The notes beneath the pieces are model-generated. The model was not told where the DNA came from. It worked only from the letters and a program-made list of their open reading frames with translations, and did no database searches. A stretch of 64,000 nucleotides of DNA from NCBI RefSeq assembly GCF_000150275.1, contig NW_002060949.1, positions 1,361,836-1,425,835 of the forward strand, written 5' to 3'. The DNA comes from Trichoplax adhaerens (Eukaryota; Animalia; Placozoa). Shown here piece after piece: positions 13,911 through 25,500 of the stretch; position 1 is the stretch's first letter, and every line of letters starts with the position of its first letter. Position numbers and translations under genes: made by a program.

Positions 13911-16900
13911 TTAGTATTCCTCAATTTCTTCTCCTCCGGCTTCTACTTCATCTTCTGGAGCAGCAAATCCATCCTGTAAACAAAAATTTGAAGGATTTGA
14001 CTGTACTGCTATAGAATAAATCCGATTTGCTATCAATTATATATTAATTATGCACAATTTGTGTCTAAGAGCTAGTATTGCATGTATAGAGCTTTACCTC
14101 GGTAGCGTACATAATCTCTAGGATTTGTGCTATTATTGGAGAATCGTGAGCAGTATCCTGTTGACATAATACCTCAATATCTCGTAATTTATTGAAGTAA
14201 AAGTCTCGTTCTTTCTCGAGTCCTTCCACGGTTAGCTTTAGTTCAGTAATCTATATTTTAATATGGATCATTAATATGGTTATTTCTGTAATAGTGAAAA
14301 TTCAGGCCACTGCTCGAAAAAAGTTAATAGTATTAAACTCACACCTAGGTGTAAGAGTTAGAATTTTATCAAAGCTTTTGACTACGTTGTAGATCAGCTA
14401 CAACACTTACTTGTGCATTGAGTTCATTCACTTGATTGCTATTATTACTAGCGGGTGCTCGCTTTGTAGTTCTACCTGCAGGTGCCATCGTGCGAGGTTT
14501 CTCTGCTGGTTTAGATTTGACTAAAATGATGAATGGATGTGCTATTATTGCATTGCCTCAAATTATTTACTGTCTTTTAACATCATACAGTAAAATAAAG
14601 ACCATAAAGTAATGTTGCATATAAGAGCTAACGCTGTGTAAAACTACAAACCTCCCGTAGTTCTAACGCCTGCAGTCGTTCTCTTAGTAGCTGCACCAGT
14701 ATTGGCACTCCTCGAGGCAGTACCACCTCGAGCATTGACGGGGTCATAGTCAACACTATCATTACAATTTGCGTCGAAGAATCTTTTAAACCATTGAAGG
14801 AATTCGAAGTTATCCTGAAATCTACCTTTGATCAACCTTTCAATGGGAACAGTCTAAAATGTGCATAAAATCATCATGTGTTAATTAACAGAATTAATAG
14901 GATGTTACTCAGCTATATTGAAGTAGGAGTTAGTATATAGCAGACGTTATACTGTACAACAGGAGAACGATTAGGCAAAACTGCTGTATACTTAAAAATA
15001 TACTAAATTAGAAAAAAGTATCATTGATTACGACACCAATAGAATAGTTGGCATACCTTGTCTACACCTGCCTTTTTAAAGGCTATTTGTAATATCTTGA
15101 AATTTTGAATGTATTCGTGTTCCAGTTGAGTATTGAATTTCACCTTGCTTAGATTTGCTGTTCCTAGTTGTAATAGTTTAGCAATAGCTTTTGTAATGAG
15201 TGTATTGGATTGATAAATAATAGATTGCAGTATATCTTGGTGTTAGCTTGAATAGTCAATCGTATGCCGTATGATCTCTCTTATAATTTGCAATACTATA
15301 CTTCATGCGAACAGAATGGTGACAACGACAATCATATCATATCGAGTTGTGGCCTAGCTATTATTTTTGGCTACTGAATACTATACGCATTACAAAATTG
15401 ACGATAACAGTGTGATTGAGCAATTTTTCGGATATCTATGTACAGTAGTATCTATATTTGACTTTTCAATACTGTATTATAGAAATCCGACTATAATCTA
15501 TCTTAAGCTGTTAATTATCGATACGAGCTCGTATGTAGGATAAAAATATTGATATTCTAGGCTTAATTGATTCTTTATGGACAAGGTTATGTACAGGTCC
15601 ATAATGGTAGTTATTTTTCGATCAGTCAAGTTGTTCTCTCCGTACTGATTTATACAGCTGAACAGTCATCCAAACCCGGTAGTAAATAAGTGCAGTACTG
15701 CATTAGATGCAAGATACTATTGTAAAGGGATATGAATAGAGATTGATTGAAAATTAAAAGTAGTAGTATAGGGAATGCAAATATCTAACAATGTAATAGC
15801 AGAAACTTAGTAATAATCAGCAAGATATACAAATCAAGTTAATTTAAAATACTGCATTGCATGTAGCACTCAATACCATATACTAACGATGGTTACGGAT
15901 CCCAGTTGATTTACATAATTGTAGACAATTTGCATACTAGACGAGCTAACTTGACTGCAATCTGGTACGATATCATATGTTAAACTAGTTCAAAAATATT
16001 TCCTGTTTGTCATATTGTAATTAATGCTCTTTGACTGAAGGAGATTGAAAGTGTATCTGAATCTCCTAGGTTATCTTTATCATGCTAGATTAATTTAAGG
16101 TGGAAGTCTTTTTTATTTAACATTATACTACTGTATTTTCGCCTTGTCTTTTAATACTCTACAACTAATACATTACCGCTATAGGATAATGACAGAGAGA
16201 GTTGTTGACTATTATATTAATGCTGTGCTATCGTCTATGTTGATTTTAATAAACTCCTCCCAAAGTATGTTGTCTCAACGCTAAAAACGACTAATGCTAA
16301 ACCATAATAATATTAGGCCGATAAGAATGAATTTCGAGAATGCCTCAGGTCGATCAATGTTCTACACGGAAGTACGATAATGCTTTTACTACAACTTTTA
16401 GGTAGGTAACTATTCCAAAGGACGTTGACTAAGGGTAGGTTTACTTTTTGGCGTCCATATTGTCCTGTATTGTATGGTGTAAAAAACATATTTTACTGGC
16501 AATATCTTCTCAGCCTACTCGCAAAGTTATAAAATTGGATCTGGTGCTAATATCAATTACTCGTATGGGATTATTCTTGATCTGTGCAAGTATCTATAAG
16601 AAAAGTTTTCGTCATGTATGCCACAAGCCCATCCATATCCGACATATCAGGCATGGACAGTCGGAGATTTCTAAGAGAAATCCATTTCTCTTAGCAATTT
16701 CTGATGCAGTATGTTTGTTTCAAGGCACAGAATGGAAGAATAGTGCCATTACTACATTATATACTCGGTATACAGCATGTAAGCAGTGATTGTATACGAA
16801 TCAAATCTATAATAATCTTATGCGAGTATGCAGTCTTTACGAGAACTAGGCGTGTTTGATGACAATAGTAGTTACCCTAAAAAGGATAATGACTTCGCTT

Positions 16901-19185
16901 TATTTTCCATTCTACTAGAATTCCCGGTAAAGCGACGTGATATTGATTTAAAGCTTGTAATATCGCATCAATAAGGTACTAAAGTCGATCTGTTATCTTT
17001 GGTTAGCATATCCGATCCGATGGCAGGAATTTTTTAATTTTAGAGCAGTTTGTATTTTTTCGATAACAATAGATAAAATATAAAAAAAAAATATGCCATG
17101 GATAGTTAAACAATGTCGTCGATGTGTTTCTCAGGCTTTGCTTTTGACATATTGAATTGTGGAATATGTTGATGAATCGTTAATATAATGGATATATTGA
17201 TTATTTGGTTGGCTGCATGTATCAAAGGGTGACGATGGACGAGTATGCATAGACAATCTATAAATAGTGTAGTACTTTAGCAGCTAGCATTTTAGAAGAT
17301 GATCTCAATTTCATCATGGCTATGTCTATCAATTTTAACAACTACAGTACAATATTGGAATGTTTTCATAAGCTAAGATCAATGATAACTGCAGCATAGT
17401 TGTATATCTTGTTCTATTGGTATAGCTTAATGATGACTGGATGAAAAATTTTCAAATTTAATCTAATCTATTGCGGGCAAATGATGGTGGTCATTCTTGA
17501 TAATGACACTGACTTTGAGTTGTTAGGAAATGGAACAAGATGGTGATTTAGATCAACGATGAGTAAATTCTACTATACTGGTACTATGGTAGTAATTCTT
17601 CTCGATGTCTACCACTGTCTCAATAGCAGTATCGACTGTGTGAATGGGGGAAATATTGTAATGCGATGTGATACTAGGGTGGTTGATCTAGGAAAGGTGA
17701 AAGAGGGTGATTTCGATTAGATTTAGGATGCGGAAATCATATAAAACGTGCGGTAGAGACAGTATCGTAACTTCAATATTCTACTAATCAAATTCATGAT
17801 AGTCTGTAAATCCGTTGGATTTTACAGGGCAGTATCTTCAAGATATATCTATTTTGATTTAGTTGGTTGAAGAAGACCAATTTTATTATTTTTCTGTCCA
17901 TAACGACGTATAGTCAAGATGAAACAAGATTGATGAAGAGTATTGTATAGTATTAGGAATTTTTTTTGGCAGACGTTAAGCTCTGGTTGATAATGTCTGC
18001 CTAGCGTTCAGATAGCAACTTGGACGTTATTTTATTGACCAGAAATATCTGCTGATGATTGCTTTTTACGTGTTGAGCAGTAATTAAGTTTGCAATATTT
18101 AACTTGATCGATGAGTTCCACGAGGCAAGTATAGTACAGTACTTACATCCAATATTTGTTTAGGAATCGACGTCAATATCGACTGATAACCCAATTTGAT
18201 GAAAGTGAACGATTTTGCAATAGGATGATGATGATACATTGAATAAGGCAACTTTATCTTTAGCATGGACTATCAGTAACATACCAGTGATGTGTAGCTT
18301 AGGTTATTGAATTGCAGTCATTGATTTGGTAAGTATTTGAATGGAACACTTTTGATTATACTCGTATCAAGACAGTTGTGAACGTTTCCATTTGCGTCTT
18401 ACTGTACTACTGCATGTATGGAGGGAGCAGGTAAGAAATGTGTGATTGATTGAAAATTGCCCCTCCAAAACTACATTGACTGTGCCAATTGGCTACATAA
18501 TATCAATTGATATGACTATCCAAATCGTGCTAGCTATGTAAAGCAAGTTTAATTGTCGGTACAAACCTGGAAAAAGCATATCCATAAATTGGCAATAAGC
18601 AGCTCCTGTCAAAATAGTGTGAAGATAGAAGAACGACGTTAGTGCAATTCAAGTAAAAAAAGGACGGAGATATTGGAGGGTAGATTACAAGATTGAAGGC
18701 AATCGACAGTAGAGTAAATACTATCAGTGATGATGCTAAAATTCATACTAGATTGGTTTATTAACTTGATAAGAGTTGTTCATTGATGATTTGAGATCGT
18801 AATTAGAATGATGCTATGTGCAAAAGAGGGAGTGGAGGGATCGTATTCTACTGTCGTATCGATCAAGCAAGGGTTGCACTATTCAAGCCAATATGCAGCT
18901 TGTTGAGTGACAATGATGAAAGCTATACTCGACTGATGTATTACAAGTTGGAATAAAAAAAAAAGGCCACAACGCATTTCCTCGAGCATAACATGATGAA
19001 AAAGTAGAATAGATTGATGTCGATGGAAAGCAAATAGACAAGTTTATCGCTAAAAACCACATGCCTGAACATAGTTGCTCGACTTTAGTATAACTGAGTT
19101 GTAATTGATCGTTGACCCAAGCGATCATATCATGACGGCTTAAGTTATCCAGCGATGCTGATGTTGCATGTACGTTAATAGCCAT
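13911..19185 (-). CDS. MAPRE1: Microtubule plus-end binding protein EB1 (RP/EB family), 7 exons
   Basis: Exons 19185-19065, 18605-18567, 15163-15057, 14853-14652, 14520-14411, 14250-14098 and 13973-13911 are all phase-consistent. CH domain ([12 protein letters not shown]...[16 protein letters not shown]...EHEYIQNFK...[21 protein letters not shown]), EBH domain ([16 protein letters not shown]) and C-terminal EEY*. Probably co-orthologous to MAPRE1-3. Confidence 0.97.
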
Positions 19186-20956
19186 GTCTATGCTTGTTCT
19201 TTCTCTCTCCTTCTTCTCACAAATGGATTTACAATCGGTGAGACGGAAATCACCAGGGAAGTTGCGATGAAAAGACGGCAAAAAAAGATTTGAATTCTGA
19301 TACTAATTGAAGGCGGGACTAGTCTATTTGGGTAACGTCCTAATAGCCGCTCGGGTAGTATAGTGTCTATGTCAAGTCATTATTTTGCATACTGTAGAAG
19401 GCAAATCGCTGCCTCTTATTTAATACAATTTCTCTTTGTTCTCCAGGTTGTAACCAGTCCTCTAGCTAGCCGTCTCCTTTGAACACTAGCCGCCCTCATC
19501 GTGGTTACAGTACCACCACTATAGACGGCTAGGATTTGCAACATGGTTGCCGTAGTTGCTTTCTACTCGTCCATTTTATGTTGCAAATATCCCACTAAGA
19601 ATAGACGAATGGGGTTGAGAAAGTAAGCAGAGAGTTTATTTTGGCAATAGGGTTAGTCATCAAGACGATTGATCTTTTCCTAGGCAACTTGCGACTCGCC
19701 AACAATCGTCTATGCCTAACCCTTACTCTACTCTCTATTACCTATACAATACTATGCAATAACGAGTATTGAGTCAGATGTGAAATTCTCCACTCTTTGC
19801 TTTCTTACTACCACACATACGATCGTTATTCTACGTTTTAGGTTGATTCTATCAATATACAATTATAGAAGATACAGTAGATAGGCGTATAGGTTGTATA
19901 TTATCCGTTTCCCATCGATTGAACCCATTCAACCGATGGGAAATACCCCGCAATCATACAAGTAATGATAGCAATAGTCTGACTTGAATATCTCTATGGA
20001 TCAATTTATCCCCTACTGATATTTGCCTTCATCCATTTCAATTTTGCATTTTTTTCTCTCTCTCTCCTCACTCAATCTTCTCCAACGCATTTTAAAGCGC
20101 GATAATTGAAAGAATTGTGTCGTAGGCTACAGTACTTACTATTTATCATGGACATCGATCTCGGACGGTATGGAATGACAACAGAATAATGCTCAGGAAG
20201 GCAAGGAAGAATCGAGTTTTACTGAGTGCAAGATATACGGCTGGAAAAAAAAGGAAAAAAAGGGAGCACTAAAAAAAAAAAAAAAAAGAAAGCACTGCTG
20301 TAGTACTCTCGATTTTGCTGACAATGAAGTTGGTTTGGATTGATTATGATTCAAAATCGATCTAAAAGTGCAAAAGACATTGAAGACATTTTGAGGCAGC
20401 AGTCGAAGACAAGGACTGACAGAAGGAAAAATTCACTTCAAAACAGTACACAGTTGATTCAGTATGAACGTATACTGTAGACTGCCAGATTACCACAGTA
20501 GTACTGTAGTTTGTGACTGCACTGAGTGAAAGCTGAGCTAGCAGCGATGATTGAGTTTGCGACTCACTGAATTGAAAACTACTACGGAATTTTCCTACTG
20601 TAGACTGCTTTCTAACTGGTATGAGCACAGCCATAGACATGGACTACTACATGCACCATCATGATGTAATTGAGTAGTCCATGGCAGAGCACACTAGGCA
20701 AAACTGTTCCAAAGTCCTTGGGTCGAATAAAAGAGTAGAGCATGATTGCATCAGTGCAAGAGTTCCACGGTACTGTACAATAAGGAAAAGTCTTCCTGAA
20801 AGAGTAGACATTGTTCCCTGATACGTGATTCAGGGAATCGAATGATTGATCGTACATTACGTTATTTTGTAGCAAAGCTGTTTTCCAACAGCAATCTTGA
20901 TCATCTTCTACATGACTACTAACTTGGATATGGCCAATCTAACGTTGGCACTTGTA

Positions 20957-21090
20957 TACAGGGTGTCCACAAATTATCCCCGCGCACAAATTTAAAATTA
21001 CTATTGCCAAATCGAGCAGTAATTTGCCCAAAAAATGTACCGAAATGGAGAGTAATAAATAACCTATCATAATCTGAAAACTTTAAAGCT
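20957..21090 (+). mobile_element. Probable terminal fragment of a Tc1/mariner-superfamily DNA transposon
   Basis: TA followed by CAGGGTGTCCAC, a terminus typical of some ITm elements, sits between a partial copy and the full copies of the 270-bp array. I found no matching right end or transposase. Confidence 0.4.
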
Positions 21091-21980
21091 ATAACATTAG
21101 ATACAGTATGCAGTCATCGCATTGATCAAAAATAAAAAGTACAAGTACTATTTAGAATTATACCAGGCAAAACTGTTCAAAAGTCCTTGGTGAAACAACA
21201 GTAGAGCATGATTGCATGAGTGCAGGAGCTCCACAGTACTTCTTCTACTGTACAATGTACTGTATACTCTGTACAGTAAATCAGTCATTATTGAATTGAC
21301 AGTGAATTGAATTGGAATTTTTTCATGACAGTCATCATAATCATCATATTCAGCGATTATACTGTACTGTATAACATTAGATACAGTATGCCGTCATCGC
21401 ATTGATCAAAAAATAAAAAGTATAAGTACTGTTTACAACTATACCAGGCAAAACTGTTCAAAAGTCCTTGGTGAAACAACAGTAGAGCGTGATTGCATGA
21501 GTGCAGGAGCTCCACAGTACTTCTTCTACTGTACAATGTACTGTATACTCTGTACAGTACTGTAAATCAGTCATTATTGAATTGGAATTTTTTCATGACA
21601 GTCGTCATAATCATCATATTCAGCGATTCTACTGTACTGTATAACATTAGATACAGTATGCCGTCATCGCATTGATCAAAAATAAAAAGTACAAGTACTA
21701 TTTAGAATTATACCAGGCAAAACTGTTCAAAAGTCCTTGGCGAAACAAGAGTAGAGCATGATTGCATGAGTGCAGGAGCTCCACAGTACTTCTTCTACTG
21801 TACAATGTACTGTATACTCTGTACAGTAAATCAGTGAATTGAATTGAATTGGATTTTTTTCATGACAGTCATCATAATCATCATATTCAGGGATTATACT
21901 GGACTGTATAATATTAGATACAGTATACAGTCATCGCATTGATCAAAAATAAAAAGTATAAGTACTGTCTAGAACTGTAC
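21090..21980. repeat. Tandem repeat, ~270-280-bp unit, ~3.3 copies, plus a diverged partial copy at ~20695-20780
   Basis: CCAGGCAAAACTGTTCAAAAGTCCTTGG at 21163, 21444 and 21713. Units are near-identical. Confidence 0.95.
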
Positions 21981-22237
21981 GCCAAGTAGAACGAGTAAGG
22001 AAGGGATCGACGTAACTTTGAAGCCTTTCACCATTTGCCTAACCATCAACACTGTCCACTGTACAGTGTACAGTGGACAGTACTGTAGGCTGTAGCACAG
22101 ATATTGAATCTGCGCAGCCGCTATCGCAGTTGCTCTGCGATTTCTTGTTGCCGTATGGAAACAAGAAAGTTTCTACGATAAGCATTGAAGGCTAAATAAA
22201 TGCAGGCCCAAAATCGAACAGTTTAGGCTCGATGGAT

Positions 22238-22400
22238 GCTTAAAAGGTTCAGAAAAATGTTTGAGTAACTACTGCAGTTATACTGGACTGTACAGTATAC
22301 TCACTGCATGTTCAAGGGCTAACTAAAAGCTTCTTAAAGGGTTCAGAAAAATATTCCAGTAACTACTGCAGTTATACTGGACTGTACAGTGTACAATACA
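22238..22400. repeat. ~90-bp direct duplication upstream of TAF2
   Basis: GGTTCAGAAAAAT...AGTAACTACTGCAGTTATACTGGACTGTACAGT occurs twice. Confidence 0.85.
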
Positions 22401-22564
22401 CTCAGTACAGTATACTACTTTATATCGCGCAGCACTATACTCTACTGTACAAAGGGGAATTAGCTCAAACCTTGAATGCCTCCATTTCCATCGCCTCTCC
22501 GGTGCTGGCCTCAAAATTAATTTCATTCACATCATACTGGAAAGAAACAACTTATCCTGCCATA

Positions 22565-25500
22565 ATGAAAGATTTACCTAAAGTTGATAAACTATTTAGG
22601 ATTAAGGTAGAATGACAATGAGAAATTCGTATTGTATCTACTCAATCCATTGGTCAATTGGATCAGCAATATCGTAGTTGGAATCACTCACCTTTACAAA
22701 TTCTTAGCTAGGCAGTAGAAATAGTATTGACTTGTTGATCAGACTTTCATCAGGATTGGATTGGTAGACTGACTCATCAACATAATCATTACACTTCTAT
22801 TTCCTATAAATGAACAGTGTATAGTTATATCAACATGTAAATCGATTGCTTATACGTTCGATGATACAAGTACTGTATACAGCCAGCTATCTTATTTTGT
22901 GAGCGTAGATGGATGTGACTTATCAACATAATCATTACACTTCTATTTCCTATAGATGAACAGTGTATAGTTATATCAACATGTAAATCGATTGCTTATA
23001 CGTTCGATGATACAAGTATACAGCCAGCTATCTTATTTTGTGAGCGTAGATGGATGTGACTTATCAACATAATCATTACAGTTCTATTTCCTATAGATGA
23101 ACAGTGTATAGTTATATCAACATGTAAATCGATTGCTTATACGTTCGATGATACAAGTATACAGCCAGCTATCTTATTTTGCGAGCGCAGATGGATGCGA
23201 CTCATCAACATAATCATTACAGTTCTATTTCCTATAGATGAACAGTGTATAGTTATATCAACATGTAAATCGATTGCTTATACGTTCGATGATACAAGTA
23301 TACAGCCAGCTATCTTATTTTGCGAGCGTAGATGGATGGAGCTAATTGTTGTTTGTTTGTTTGTTGCCATTTCTGGTCTACAAGAGTAAAAGAATGAATC
23401 CAATTTTTCAATCATCATTTTATTCTATAGAATCAGAATCTACATGTCAGTCATCTTGACTTTGCTACCAAATCAATCAAGGTTAGTACTAACTCTCCTC
23501 AATAATAATGAATCCAAACGTCTACTCGATCGTGCTTACCGGTAAACATGATGATGATACCAACGTATTGCAATAGATGGATAGCAGCATAACAATAAAA
23601 GTAAAATGAATGCCAGACAGTGAACGATAAATACTATCTCTACAGTGACTGTAGTACTGAAATCAAGTATCAACCAATTAATTATCTTTCAATTAAACCT
23701 ACTTTATCAAATGGATCATCACCTTATGACAGTACGAGAAGTGAGATATACAACCAAACAGTCCAGCATCGACGTTCTCTGTACATACTTGCATACCTTA
23801 GACAATGAGCCATGTTCAACTTTTTGCAACAACGCCATTGCAGCTTAGTGTAGCGGTTGAAAATTTGCACTCTATTTGGAGCGATCATATCAACAAATAC
23901 AAATAAAATACTAATATTGTTAGTACTAATACAGATCGATGCCTTCACTCAATGGTCAATACTGTAATATAGGCGCTCGTGCTACGTTTTTCCTGAATTT
24001 TTATCCTGTAAATAGAGCATATACTATATAACGACTAGTAAAAAGGAATGATATTGGTAAACGATCCATTGGGAAGACAGTAACACACAAAATCTACTTA
24101 TCCTTATGTTATCTATTACAATAAATATTAAATAAAAAGTAGATTGCAGTATGGACAAGTTAGTATCTTTCCAGTAGCCTATTCGTTCTTAATAATATTA
24201 TCCTACCTACAAAAAGGTAGTAATCATTCCTTAAGTGGTCAAAAAATATCATCTATTATAACTAGAAGCGTAAATACTAAAATAACAAGTATACTGCAAA
24301 GAAGACAATTTGATATCTTTCATTAGTTTATTTCGCTTGAATGCTACTGTATCTGTAAGCAGACATGCAGTAATCATTTCTAAAGTCGTTCAATAAAAAG
24401 TATCAAGATTTTTGGTTGTACACAAGAATACCTTAACTTCAATGAAATCGATAAAGTAATACGCAATATCAACATAGCAATGCCAGTCTTGCTGTTTTAC
24501 TTACAGTATATTCAATATTGTATGCTGCAACAAGTATACATTACTAATTCTCAATGCTTGTAAACATTCACTCCAATTTTGTAGTTCATAGTCTCTAAAA
24601 GTTCTCACTATTTCTGGAATGAATTGACTCAAAGAGTACAAGCCATGATCATGCATGCAATTCATACGTACCAAATGTAACTGTATTAACTATTAACTAA
24701 AAGATTTGTTTGCTTTGATAGGCTCGAACACGAATGACAGTGATCCCTATCGACCCAAATCTAACAACTTTGGCCTTAAATTGTGATCGAAAGCAAATTG
24801 ATATCCTTAAAATGACAATGAATGACTTGATAACATCGTACACACTTACTGTACATGCATACTAATAGTTACAATCAATCTTACTATCGACTTGGTAAAC
24901 TACCTACAACATGGATGCGTTCAAATGAATAAATGATCGTCTGATAATGTAGCTTATTTTGTTAACTGATACCAACGTATTTTGCACGAGCTTTTAATTC
25001 AATTCTAATTTTTAAAAACTTTGTTAATGATAATTAATTCATATACATGGATATTACGTTCCAACCACTGCTTTCGTTACAGTAGTCCTTAACCGTGTTA
25101 TAAATATTACTTCTATAGAAATTAACAACTATAAAGCCGAATTTTCCTTTAATGATATTCCTGATGAACCTCCTGAAAGCCTTAGGTAAGTCGTTTTAAT
25201 GATAAAGGTATCTATTTTACAACCTTCAAACCTTTACTATGAAAAAATAATCTGAACCCCTTTAATATTAATTTCTTTCTGTTTGCACATTTTATACGCT
25301 AACTTATAAGAATTGGAACACTTTTATATATATCTAAAATTTTTGATTAAAAAATGTTAACCTTGAAGCCCGAGCATGCATCACTTTACCCATTGGTATT
25401 ATTCTCATTACCGGAACATTTACATTCATGGAGGGGAATTATCAATTAAAATACCAACTGAAGTATCAACCGGTAATACTTGTGACATCATCCTTATTAC

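Noticed and set aside
16448-16789. 113-aa ORF antisense within the large EB1 intron
   Set aside because: TTG start, no recognisable domain, no splice support.
22454-22469. GGGGAATTAGCTCAAA resembles the 5' end of tRNA-Ala
   Set aside because: The match stops after 16 nt; no T-arm/B-box or cloverleaf follows.
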